Below, one piece after another: positions 33,595 through 47,200 of a stretch of DNA of 64,000 nucleotides (position 1 is its first letter; every line of letters begins with the position of its first letter). The position numbers and the translations under genes are program-made. The stretch is taken from NCBI GenBank assembly GCA_002633005.1, contig NMRA01000163.1:497961-561960 (forward strand), given 5' to 3'. Below the pieces are notes generated by a model that was not told the DNA's origin, did no database searches, and saw only the letters and a list, made by a program, of their open reading frames with translations. The DNA comes from Phoronis australis. Lineage: Eukaryota; Animalia; Phoronida.

Positions 33595-36500
33595 TTTTAT
33601 GGTTTCTAAGCAGTTTTTATGAAGGTTCAACATGCACTCACTGGGGTCGTGGTTATATTTACTGATCAACCCTGTTGGGGTATATCCCAGGAGATGAGTA
33701 GGCACGGAGGGGGGCCTGAGGGGGGAGTACAGTGAGTGTTTTGTATCCACCTATCGGTTACTGTTTGAGGTAGGTACATGTATTTTGCGCCCTCAAGTAT
33801 CGTCTCCGGGGTGTGAAGGAAATAAATGAGGGGAAGGGCTCGCCGAAAATGGTCTTCTTTCGGGTTCAGATTTCATCATTTTAAGTTGTCTCGGGTACCT
33901 GTTTACCTAGTTCACAGTTGCTCGTTTAGTGTGTTTGTGTGGATTTTGAATGTGTTACTTACCGGGCCCTGTTCGTTATGTTGAAGAGAATCACATAGCC
34001 GGTGATGGGTGCTCGAGGTTCCTTACACCTCAATGCATGGAAGTATTCACTTCATTTCCGAAACTGAGTTTGTTTATTTACACGAGGTAGCCCATTTATG
34101 AGTTATGAAAAGGTGAGGGCATTTGGGTCATACTTTCACTACATGTGTGCCACTTGGAACGTTCCGTCTGTGTGAAGGCCCGTCTTTGTCATTGCTTTAA
34201 TTACCTTCCATCAAAAAAGTAGTATTTTTTATTTAAAACACTTACCGATTTAAAAGTCTAAGATCTGATTGTTGCTTAGCAAAATTGGATGTGATTTCTG
34301 GGCATACCAGAAAACACTGGCAGTTCGTCTAGTTGAGACCTAACTCTAAAACTTAGCTGTCACGTCCGTGTCATTTGATGAGCCTAGTATCGTTTTGACG
34401 AATAACGAACTGCCAGAGATCTTTGCAAACCAAGAAATCAATAATTGAACCCAATTTTATAGCAGCGAGTGGTCTAAATTACAACTTTCGCTTTAATATA
34501 TCACTAAATGTATGTTACGGTGTTCTGTAGTCTGGCATTTATTTAAAAAACACGAGAGCAACGTAGTGAATGAAAAACGTTTGTTTCAATAGAGTTTTAG
34601 CCGAACATTTGATTCACTGAAATTCTTGACAGGGTTATAAAGACCCTGAACTCCTCCCCCGTCAACGTAGATCCGTCACTGCGCTGAAGACTACTACAGT
34701 ATAAGAATTCAACTGCAGCGTCGTAGTCCGTATATTTATTACACCGTAGTTTCCCTTTATAATCCGATGCACCGAATTCTTATTGTCCCTGCGTATAATG
34801 GCGTTACACTACATACTGAATGTCTGTTTTGCTTTTCTATCGCATTAGGTAATCGGAATGTCTGCCGTTCTGTACTGAACCCTCTGTGTTAAAAGTTCTT
34901 CTTTCCACCATAGAAAAACTTTTCAGGTAATGCCAATTTAACTACTTGAACTTAGAAAAAAATCTAGCAACTCAAAATATCACTTCAGATGACTAATCAC
35001 AACCCAGAAATGTCTCCACCAGGACAATAAAAGTATAAGTTTAAACATTTATTATCACTACTCTATGTGGGAGTATCTACTTAAGAACAGAAGTGATCAC
35101 TTACCGATTGGTTTTCCGACGTTAGAGTTTGCCACAGTTATCATTTCACCAACGTTGTTGAACACACAGTGATATAGGCATCCCCCTGGTCTGTCAGTTC
35201 ACAGACTGCCATCTTGAACCAAGGTTAAATCGTGGGAATGAGGCTTCATCCCATTCAGAGACACTTATCTATTCATACTTGAAAGCAATAATACAAAGGC
35301 GTTTATATACAAGGTTCCCTCGTTCGTCAACACTTGAATACCTGAGCACGGTACGGGTTAACGAATATCCTAATGAAACACGTTTTACAAACTTTTGCAA
35401 AGCGACTGAACGGTGATCTAAAGACATTAGAGGTCCTCCATGTCTTTTACGGCATTGAGTTTGACATAATTCATATGTACAGTATACGTTAAAGGTGCTG
35501 ACACAACTTATTAATAATTATTTACATTGACCTGTTAACCATCCTGTGATGTAGGAGCAGACGACGTTTTCATGTTTATCCGTGTTTTGGCAATAGCGTA
35601 GCATCGCGATTGATATAACCATGTCATTCACTTGAGTTCCTTCTGATATGGACTTTATTCAGGAATATGGACGTGTAACGACGGTGTCGGTGTTTACCTG
35701 CTGAAGGTGTCGGCCAATCTTTCCAAGAAGATTTGTTTGACCAGGCCTACCCGGGCCGTTTGACCAAATTGTGAAAAAGTACTTTCACATGTTGCATAAT
35801 ATGATCTACTCTTGATTTTATTTCAGTTCCGCGCGTAGTTTATTTCGACCTGTTATAAGTCGGCAAATAGGCTTTTAATGTATGACTGACAACTCAAAAG
35901 CTCACTGCAGTCGGAGCTCCGCCTGAATAGCACTACTCAGTAGTGACTACTGACTGGCAACCGCCTCGGCCTCCGCGAAGTGTAGTGGAGCGGTGTTCTC
36001 CCGGAATGTAAGATGATCTACTTCATTGCTGAAAAATATAAAAACGTATTAAACAATTTGTCATGAATCATTTACCTGTAATTATTTAGAGTGATATAAC
36101 TGAAACTACTATTACTGCGGTTCAGTGTAGTGCTGTGCATTGATTATGAAAATTTTGTAACCAACTGTCTCAAGTAAATCGTGACGTTTTCTTAAGAAAT
36201 TATGGCTGGCAACGCGGGAAGTGTCAGCACAGGTAATAGGATTCTGGACGTGTTGGTGGGTAACAAGAATGGTGAACTCAGTACGAACCGGACATAGGCT
36301 ATTAACGACGATACATGTACTTAATTTCAGCCTGCAGGTGGTCGAAACCAACCCTTATAACTCTTACCACACCGACCACACGTAAATTCCAACCACACCA
36401 GGTTCTCTTGCTATACAATATTTAATACATGAGACCGAAGTGCGCGAACTAATTTCTTTCTTTTTTTTTTTCGTCTTGATATCCGTCTGCTGTTCCAAAT

Positions 36501-39500
36501 TTGCAGACGGGTCTCGAAAATCAGTTCGTTGCGATATCCTGGTAAAGTACGAACCTCCTCGTCATGAACGATGAAAATGCATTTTCCAAGACCAAAAATG
36601 TTGCTTCTAGGTGCGTTCCAGCGAGACCAAGTTTCTTGCAAGAAAAAACGAGGTCACGCAAGACCAAGCAAATGCACGCGAGTAAAGGTGAATGTATAAT
36701 TTCGCGAGTATGCTAGAAACATTAATGTTGTCACCTAACAAAATAGCGGACACTGAATTGATTGGTGGGTGAAGCTGAACGGATGAATTGTGGGATAGAA
36801 TACATAATTTATGTTTTCGTTCCTGCAAAGTTTTTCGCCGAAAATGCAAGCTCATGGCTATGTGTTGTGCCTAGTGGACGCAGATCTAGATTGTTCGCCA
36901 ACGCATTCTCAACCTTGGGCCACACATCAGAAGATCCCATCTGAAATTTCAGCCAAGGTTTCGAACTTTTCGTTCAACAGCCGCAAGCAATGCAAGGGCC
37001 TTGAACTGTAGTCTCACCCTTAGAGAAAATGCAATGCTCGAAATGTTGGGCTTTTGAGGTTATGTAGAACCCTCGAAAAATGTCCAAGTTTGGCAAACTT
37101 CGGAACATCGTATCTTGGTAATGGTCGATCGGATTCATACGACACTTAGTCAAATATCATGCTTTTTACACGGTTCTCTAATTTCCATTTTTGCATGAGG
37201 TGCCATCAAAAAAGTGAATTTCATGATTTTTATCAAAAAATCCAAACCTGCATAAAACGAAGGCGAAATGATAATTTGTAAAGCTGTAACCGCTTTTGAG
37301 ATTTCATTCTGAGCATTTATATAGAACGAAATTTGGTCATGTTGATACCTTTGTTTTGCTGTGGGTGTTCTTTTCTTTTTGCTTTTTTAATTAAAAATAC
37401 ATGATCGCGCTACTCTATTAATAGATTGGTATAAACCCGAAAAGGACATTCTACAAGCTTTCTACTTCAGAAAGTACATCTTTACTGAGTTTAAATCTGT
37501 GATTTTTTTAGATATTTCGGATAAATAGGCTACACGGAGTCAAACATTGATGGAATTTTACGTTGACTCTAGTCTAACGATTTTTATGTAGAATTACTTA
37601 ATTTTATCGTCGGTAACGACAACGGATTTTAATATTGTTTAATTTATTTATCTGAAAATTTGTAGACAAAAATATTAATTGTGTTTAGAAAAGGGGGTGT
37701 TGTTAACAAGCGTAAAAGACGGTTTTACTCTAGACTTTCAACTTGTTGTAGTCAATTCGTACAAATTGGAGTACCTTATCTTTCATCTTACGATTTTGTG
37801 TTTTAGCCAATGTACTTTGAAAGACTGATATCTGGTCTAGGTTATAATTACGCCTTCCGTATGCGGATATTTTCTCACGAAAAAACGTGAAATTTATTCT
37901 CTCGTAGTATAGGGAATCAAAAGAAAAACCAAGTGACCGTTTATGCTTTTGATAACTAGTGTACTCATTTTTGCTGCTTCCTTTAGTCATCAATATATAA
38001 AATTGTTCTTTGTTGAATTATTTGAGCAGACTTGCAAAATGTCGATTTCCACACCATATGTCGATTGGCAAGTTCTTGGTGAGCCGACTCGCGGTTGAGC
38101 CAGTCTCGCCACCTGGTGCCCGGTGTTCAGACCAAAACACGCAACTTAGCTCTTCAAACAGGAAACTCGCTTGAGAAATCACTGGAACCAAAGATTTTCG
38201 ATGCCCGCCCATCCCAGTATAAGTCTTAGGTTGCTTCTTTGTAAAATCCTACCAATGCTGCACTACGGTCAACGGTTGTGAAATATGCCAGTTTACGATG
38301 AGGAGATAATGTAGGCACTTTTAAAACTGCGTTTTGCCCTGCGGCAAAAATACACCGGAAAGGCCTTAGGAGTACTCTCTATAACACCAATCTCATGATA
38401 CGGTTATATTTCCGTTACCAACTCACGCTTCGCGCAAGTGCGTACGTTTGTCATTTTCGAATCCGGGACAAACCCAAACTCTGTAGCGTTTTCTCAGTCA
38501 CAGCTAGGTTTCGATGTTCTTGTTCAGTAACAAAAATAGAATCCTATCACATTATGATATCAACTTTGGAGACTAAATTAAGCTAATGCGATTTTCATGT
38601 TTCAGCCAGCTAGGATGAAATGCAGGTTTAAGTAGTTTTAAAGATGCCAAGGTCGGCACCGCCATATAAGAAGTGAATCACTTGGGAAGCTATTTTCTCT
38701 ACAGTTAAAAAGATTGCCGGGAATAATCAAATGTACTGGCTTTGTTATGGACGATATATTGTGGTTGTAACCTTCAACTAACAAGTTGTGCTGCAGATGT
38801 TTGACAATGTTAAAAACGTTTAGAATGATTGATTTCGGCCTCAGTGAAGTATGAAAGAGGTTTCGAGTCAAACTGAAGTCTATCTTACAGTAGATGATAA
38901 TGATGTTGGTCATCAGAGTGTGAAGAAAGACCGAGTCAATTCATTAAGTTTGATACTTATCGTACATATATTTGTACCGTTTTTAAGTGCATAAAACTGT
39001 TAGAACTCATTACAGTAATAACCAAGCTTCAGTTTAATGTGTGTGCATTCCTCATGATTGTAGTAGGCAAGCATGCAGTGAAGTTGTCCTCGGGCATTAG
39101 AGAGTGTGCCCTATTTGTATGCATCCTAACATTGGATCTGAGCTTCTGTTGCTTGTAATGTAGACTAGTCCATTGAACCTTGGTGAGACTGAAAAGAACT
39201 TTCCTTATCTCAGTCACAATTTGATGCCGAGACTGAGGCTCAATACCGAATATGCCTGAACCAGGTTCCCAGCAATATTGCAACACAATGGCACTCCGAG
39301 AAATCTTCACCAAATCTCCGTTCTTGCGACGGGTCGAAACACGATTCTCCAAATAGGGATGAGCACAGCGTGACCTCTGAACGCTGATCGCTTGCTCTGC
39401 CCGTGTCTGACGCCATTTGTGGGCAATCTTAGGGTCTTTTGGAATACAAAAGCTGCGGAGACTGGACCTCCTCTGATGACGTCACACAATTTTATTTTTT

Positions 39501-39932
39501 CTATTTGAGTTTTTACGTTTATTTCTCGTTTACAAGTACACAAATTAAGAAAAAATACTTAAAATATCATACTAAAATTGTTGGTAATCGATTTCCAGCA
39601 TTTATGGCCACAGGTGTAAGGGGTGCGAGGTATTCCGAGAAGTGATGGACCTTATGTTTTCTGTACTGCTTCCTATTTGTACTTTAGTTTCATTTTTCAT
39701 CTCATTTTGGTTGAAGTTTTTATCATGCGCTTGTTATTCTTTTGACGGGTGCAAACTATATACTATTAAATAATTAAGATTACAAAAAATGAGAGACGTC
39801 AGTTGGCTTGCTGGTTTCATGCATCGAAGCAACAGGGGAAATGAATTATTATTGTTTTACATCGGATTTGAAAAACCCGCATCATGACGAGTGAGAGAGT
39901 TGCTGTCAACGGTGGCGCTTATGATTAAAATG

Positions 39933-40100
39933 CAGTGACAGATTTAGGGGGCGCAAGGGGCCATAAATCCCCCTAAAATTCTTTCAGATTCCATTTGGCA
40001 ATTCGGGGTGCGAATGCCTCTGACGGGTAAAACCCTCAGTGGCGAACGCTGTGCCTTGCACCCCACTCCCCTCTCAACACAAACTCCTGAATCCGCCAAT
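39933..40100. mobile_element. Short degenerate MITE
   Basis: Ends CAGTGACAGATTT / GAATCCGCCAAT are imperfect inverted repeats, with G-rich and C-rich subterminal blocks. Confidence 0.4.
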
Positions 40101-40836
40101 AAAAATGTATTCATGCCTATCATCAACGTATAAACACGTTGCGTTTGATGAAATCAATTCTAAGTCAATCGTCATGAAATTCTGGGTTTGCTTCTTTGCC
40201 AGAGAAAATATTTTCTATACAAGCCTTAGTTTAATGTTGCACTCGACTTGTTTTAGCTCAATGGTTGGAAAAGGAAATCGAATCAAATTGGGCATTTTAC
40301 TCATACAAAAGTTTGTCTCATAATATTCCTTACCTTGACAGGATCCTATGTCCGTAACGTGACCCCACCTGTCGTCGCCATGGAATTACGACTCCATTCT
40401 TATTTTTTAGAAAAAAATATGTTGAATTAGTGTCTAGCAAAATCATCCAGTCAAAGAAAGGACCACAGTGTCGTTGCGTTTGTTAAGGTAACCGACGAAA
40501 AGCGGAACTTAATTACCAGAATAAAATCATCAGATCCAACAATGATAATAATAATAATACGACCTTATAGGATACTTACTGTTCAGACAGAAGAGTGAAA
40601 TCAGTTCATTTCCCGCCGAAACGAAAAAAAGCACTTGGGACCAATTCGTTAATTCGTTCCCACAAATTACTAAGTCCTTAATTAGGTTATTACTGGCCAC
40701 GGGTAAATTACCTCTTTTCTGTGACTTTCACAGCTTGTTTCCGCCAATTAGGTAACTCGACTTCTTCACAGCATAGAGTCGTTGGGGAGGGGTTAATTCT
40801 GCATAATGACCGCATACATTTAAAGCGGTACACCTT

Positions 40837-41272
40837 GAGGAAACGAAAGAAAGACTAACAGTCGAAGTAGTTGTGCGACAGAGGTTGGTAATTTACGGTA
40901 CTGGCCGATTGAGCTAGTATGCATAGGATTTTCAGGACAATCAATATGGAGGGACTTTCGCACATTAGGTGTGACTGGGAAGGAAACTTAGTTCACTGAT
41001 GTGATGATCGAGAGAATGGACAAAACTAAAGCGTCACAGTGGGCATGGCGGAAGAGGAGCGACCAGTGGTGCAGGAAGACTGACAACATAGTCGGGCAAG
41101 CTCTTGATACTGCATAAAGGAAGAATTAGATAACCAACACTGAGGCAAGCAGCCCTGGGCCGAGCCCGGACAACTCGGTCGGCGCACCTCCACTGAGAGG
41201 TTGTGGGCAGCGCCGAAACGACTGGGAAGGACCAGTACCGATGTTATGCGGGCGTATAAAGAAATAACAAAA
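40837..41272 (+). mobile_element. 3' fragment of an RLE-type non-LTR retrotransposon (HERO/R2 group), decayed
   Basis: From 40899: YWPIELVCIGFSGQSIWRDFRTLGVTGKET*...ASQWAWRKRSDQW, resembling the recalled P.EVG.RGF.G.S...LG.TG...AS.W.W.KR C-terminus of such elements. GC-rich 3' UTR and A-rich end. Confidence 0.7.
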
Positions 41273-41852
41273 TATTTGACTTGGGTCCCTTATCGTAATA
41301 AAATTGCCTTACCTTGTTCCTATTCAGTTTAGAAGTGGGCCAAGAACGGTTCATTTATTAATCGCCACATCACCAGCGCAAAAGCCCGAAATGTCAAGAG
41401 CTTGGTACGATTTTTGGTCTTGCGAAGAACTAATAGTTATTGCTTAGAGACCAAACTCGACGAATAATTTTTGACACACTCTGACAAGTGAACTTTGGTC
41501 TCAGTGATCTGTTCTTTCCAAGCCTAAAATCATGAACATTTTAAGACTAATTTCACTAACTTGGATTTTTGAAAGAAACTGCGGGTTAAAGCCGCATTTT
41601 AAACAAATAATCACACGTTCTCTATCAGAAACATTAGTCAGCTCCCACGAGACCATTTTTCTGATTCTCTGAGATTCCGTACTTTTCCGACTCTCACTAA
41701 CTTAACCTCCCTGCGAAAGGATTATGACGAACTTTACGGCAAAGATGTCGATTTTGTAACAAATCTACAAGATTTCATTATTCAAGTCTAATTGTGATGG
41801 ATCACTGAAAAAGAAAATAGTCCCGCTGTATTAAAGAAAATCCAAATGATTA

Positions 41853-41858
41853 TTTATT
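41853..41858 (-). terminator. Candidate polyadenylation signal (AATAAA) of the proline-rich gene
   Basis: Lies at the end of a ~2.3 kb stretch after the stop at 44132 that is T-rich on the minus strand. Confidence 0.3.
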
Positions 41859-44131
41859 GAATTTGAATTCAATAAAAAAATCTTTTGTATTGGTCAAAAT
41901 TTCTCCAGGATTGCGTTACGAGAACATACCTGTACAGACTAACAACGGTTACACAAAATCTTCCAACACTAGTGAGTGAACTTCCAATCCACAAAAGACA
42001 TAAAACTTCAAGATTTCTTCTTGTGGAGAAAAATAAAACATGACTAAGTAACGTTCAACTTCTTATTAGACTTTTCAAAGTTAACATCAGCGACAAGTTG
42101 GAAAACATTTCGTGGTTTGCACTATGCATTAAGTTAATCCAGAACACAACGCACTCTAAAGGCTCTTATATGTAAACATAACAGCACTTTCTCATGCCTA
42201 ATGAAACTGGTGACGACTAAATAAATTTAGGAAGTTTAACGTGTATGCTATATTTCAGCAGCTTTCCTCACTTTTCAGATAAATTAAATAGCAAATAGTT
42301 CACAATAAATCAGTGTAATGGGGTGACTCGAATTGCTCATAAAATTGTGGATCAGTATAGAGATGGTCATCACAGTCGGCGGAGTACAACTATTCCAAAA
42401 AAGATAAAAAATCAAGTGTATATGACAGTTAACACCTAAGCTAGCAGTTACCCTTCCCTCGTTCATACCAGAGTTTGTGAGGCATCAAACACTGCAGAGC
42501 ACAAGTATTCAAATAGTAACAGGTTTCAGGTTTATAACACAACTAAAAAATACAAGTAAATTTGTCTCATAATAACAAACAAAGGTGTTACAATTAAAAT
42601 AGAAATAAACGTGTCTTTCATAAATACAAACAAAGGTGTTAAACTTAAACATTCTAAAAATCAAATTGCAGCAAGTTGGAAATGGTTTCTAAAAAGAAAA
42701 ACTATAAGTGCTATTTGTTCATAGTTCAGGTGAAAGTATTTAACAAAACACTCCATAAACTTCAACTACCCTATTTGTAGGGCCCATGCACCCACATGTG
42801 AAGCAGCACTAATGGAGAGACTTAAGCACATGCGCTTATATATGAAACATTTGAGCAAAACCCAATGAATTTCTAAAATCTTACGCCAGTGAATCTTGAC
42901 TTAAACACTGCAAGATATGGCAGATATTGATTGATGTGCATTCCAATAAAACAAAGCTGATTCTTCATTTATTTAGCATACAATATGGCCGACATCTGAA
43001 AAATTAGTCTATTACTGGCATGGTTTGCACTGTGCAACGACGATGAACAAAACTCAAGAACTTTTATCAAGTGACCCTGTACTAGATATGGCATAATAAA
43101 GATTTTTAAACAATAGTTATTTCAGGTTAAGCAAAAGTTATGCTCTGTACTTTATGCAATTATGCCTAACTTCAACAGAAGCTCGGTTTATTTACCCTGA
43201 ATTACCAGTCAAAGTGTAGCAACAGAGCCAAAACATTTCACATAAAAAACTGGCTCAAGAATTGTCTTAAAGCAGGCGTCGTGCTTACTTTGACAATTGT
43301 CAAAGGTCCATCTTGCCCACTCCTGACATGACGGTACTGCTGACCAATTACAGGGGGAGACCACCAAACATAATGCCAAACACTACTAAAAACTAACCAA
43401 TCATGTAGCCTGAAACTAAAAAGTTTACTCAGAATGTACCACACAATTAGTTACTTATCCATGTAAAGCATCGATTAAAATTTAGAGGTCTTGTACCCAG
43501 ATGTCTACCTTGTTCACTCAAAGGTAGCTCTTCCTATTACATGTAAGTTAAAGAGTGTCACTTCTGACTGAACCAGGGTGACTTCAACTAAGACTATACT
43601 TCAGGCTATGGTCATCACGACTGCAGACCCCTTTAAGAACCATTAATTATCAACTTCAGTTGAACTTCTGAACTTTGAACCACACTTAAATCTGACCCTG
43701 TTACCAACGATGGGTTACTGAAGCCTAAAGATAGCGACTAGAGTTTGTAATAAATAAATGCAACAGATATCTTTGAAAAATACTTGACTTACTCCGGTTT
43801 CTAAACTATTATTAAACCTGCATCTAATACTGATACTGTTACAATATTTAATGGGCTTGTTAAATGGTTGATGTTTAAAATATGAATGGTTTCCTTGACC
43901 CTTAAATTCAATAGGGTGTATTTGCAGTTCAACTACAAGTGAAACTTGCAGTTCCTCTGTGTATGTCTCTTTTTTCCAGTAACATCAACTCTACTTTGAT
44001 CTGTAGTCTCAGCTGAAATGGTCCCCGATGATTCACGCCAGAACACAAGCCGCTATCCAAAGTGCTAGCGACATAACATGTAAAATACAAACATTGCACC
44101 AGCAGTATAACACGATTGCACATGGCTGACG

Positions 44132-44264
44132 TCATAAAATCCGAAGCAGTTTCTGCATAGCTTTGTTAACTTTAACTCCATGAAACTTCCAGTCCAAGGC
44201 ACTGAAGTCTGCGCATTCAATTTTATCTTTCTGATAGTCTCCAAGGTCAGCCGTATCTTCAGTC
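44132..44264 (-). CDS. Proline-rich gene last exon (TEDTADLGDYQKDKIECADFSALDWKFHGVKVNKAMQKLLRIL*)
   Basis: gacag acceptor, phase 2, TGA at 44132-44134. Confidence 0.85.
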
Positions 44265-47200
44265 CTGTCACAAAGAGCAAAACATAGACTTCAGAAAAAT
44301 TTTCGACTCCATCAAACACATTCTTATGAAATAGAGATGATTTTGCAAGCACAAGGTTGGCTCTGCTTGCACCAGAGCCAATACATTAGCGCGTTTACCC
44401 ATCTGGGAGTTATTTCTCAAAAAGGGATTTGTCTACAGATGGCTTAGCTTGTTTCACAAAATACCTGATACTAAATGTCAGAAAATCTGTCTTACTACAC
44501 CTCCAAGTCAAAAGACAGAAATCTGTAGCTTGCTCGGGAGCTGACTAAATGCCACAGTCAAAAAACAAAAACTCCACATTTAGCTATAGATCTTCCTCTC
44601 CCTCCGCCAACCTCTCTCTATCAACCTTTAGCTATAGATCTTCCCCTCCCTCCGCCACCCTCTCCCTCTCTCTATCAACATTTAGCTATAGATCTTCCCC
44701 TCCCTCCGCCACCCTCTCCCTCTATCAGCAATACTTACACAAACTTTCCATAAAGTAACCGTTCAGCAAAAGCAGAAATGCCACAATACAGCCTGTAGTC
44801 CACTTGTGTATCTGCAGTTACTCCACAGTAATCAAAGAGCAGCTCTAGCTTGGGCTGATCAATGGTTGACGTCAACACATCCTTAATAGCTTTCTCTAGA
44901 TCCTAGAAAAATACTTTTAGTGTCACTGTCACATCCATACCAAGGTTTTCACATGCCTTGCATTGAAAATGCATCTTTTTAAACTGCCTAGCCGATGACT
45001 AGTAGTTTTTCTTTTAAAACTAATGCCTTAGATATTGCACATCTGGCTTATCAAGTCAAGAACAAGTGCGTTTTTTCATACATGGAATGGTACCTTGTCA
45101 GTTACCTGGTACTTTGACTGTTACATGTATAAATTGCAAGTGCTTTAACGAAAGAAGTATTATACTAGATTACTACTCCAAATATTGTGCTAGTCCAACA
45201 TGAGAACTGGTATATCTTGTTGTCTGATGTCAAGAATTCTCAACATAACTTGAATGGGTGTATGCTGCAGGAGATATTCAAATGCCTTACTTTGGGCTTT
45301 TTCGTTCATAGTAACACTGTAATCGAGTATGTCATATTTCTCATCACATGGCAATGCACACAAAGTAAAAACATTGTATGAGATGATAATTTATATCCTG
45401 TGGTGATTTACCCAACTACATGACAAGGCCTAGACATGCTGAAAAAAAAATTGAGACTTCGTTCACAGAGTATGCATGTTTGTTACAAAAAAGGCTTACG
45501 GTGCATACAATATACAAAACACCTAAAGAATACACAAAGGTCACTGAATCCTTACCTTGTAAAGCAGTTTGCCACATCTGTCTTTGTTTTTCATGAAGTA
45601 TTTCTGATACAACATGTGCCGCCTGGACGATACTATGCAGTATTTTCTGAGATAATCTTTTGGGTCTAAAGCTGAAAAGGAAAATAAGGCTAGTTGTGAT
45701 ATTAAAGCATCGCTGCAACATTGCAATATTCAAGTAGGGTATGAATGGTAAACTTTGATTTGAGGGCACATACACGTGCATTATTTAAAATCAAGCACTT
45801 ACCAAAATTGGTACAGGGCCAACATTAGAAAACATCAATCAACACATGAAGTACAGCTTTAATAAAGCTGCATTACATCTCGTTTAGCTGGCTGAAAACT
45901 TAAATTGAATTAGGCCCTTAACTATCATAAAATTAGTCTTGTAATATTCCTTACTATGGTAGGATTCCATTATTTCCATTGCCAATACAAGTCACAAGCC
46001 ATTTTGGAATTCGCAATTTTAATGTTGACCAACCTCCATAAACTCTGAAACATTTCTTCAGTCGCTGATAGTTTTGATGTTCAAGCCAGTTCGGAATTCA
46101 GAATTTTAAGGTTGGCTAACTCCAATAAACTCTGAAGCATTTTCTTGAGTCACTGGTGGTTTCCATGTTCTTGTTGGTAAAGGAAATGGAATCCAATCGT
46201 AGTACGAAATATTTTGAGACTGACGTAATGGGAGTAAAAGGCCCAGTTCGAATTGCGTCTCTTAATCAGCTAAATTGGGCTATAACAGCTATAAGGTTAT
46301 GTAAGACTTAATTGACAAGTCTGTTCAAATATCTACAAAGCTAAAGATTTTACCTCATTAAAAGTATTATATACTGAAAGTAGAAAGCCTGTAGAATTTG
46401 CTTTTGACATTTTATGAACCTATTATCAATTGGGTCAAGAGGCTATGTAAAATTTAGCAAATAAGATAGGTACATTGACAACAAAACAGCAGTATGAAAA
46501 ACGTGAAAGTTTCAATGAAGCCAATCAGCCATTTCTGAGATATGGCATTCCAAAGTTAGCCACATATGGACATCTTTCAATGGTCCTACATAACCTTAAA
46601 GCAAAACATAATCTTGAAGATAGGTATTGACTAGACGTTACTCTTAAAACAACAGATCACTCACTCTCAAGCAGACGCATGTCCATTGGAAGTTCAAACC
46701 GGCTAGATCGTTTGGATAGGGCAAGGCGGCCATGTAACCATGGCTGGGTTTTTCTCTGTAACAAGCATCAGAAACCTTTAGTTAACAAACACCTACGTTG
46801 TTTAAAACAGCATTTGAATAAGTCACTATGCAGATGACTGAATGACACATTACAGCATCTGTTGCTACAGTTCAACAAATAGTTCACTGCATTTCAGATA
46901 AAGGAAGTCTTCCGGCCATTTTATCTACTACGAATTTTCTTCAATTCACAGTGCTGCTGTCATTTTTCAAATTAATGCATTATGGGGTGGTTGTCAGCTT
47001 GTAAATATCTGCTGATATCACAGATAACTTTGTGGAGGTGTAACCAAATTTATAACTTGAGCTTTAGGTAGGTGCGTTTTGAGGCTGGCACACTCTCAAT
47101 TTTATATTCTCGCCTGACAGTTCTTTAGTCAAAGTAGCACTAAAAGCCTGTTGTAGCCGACTCTGCTTTCAATTCTGGTTGCTCAAACGAAACGTTATTT

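Noticed and set aside
36410-39650. Many short ORFs in the intergenic/5' region
   Set aside because: No recognisable domains or consistent splice sites. Likely decayed repeats that I cannot classify.
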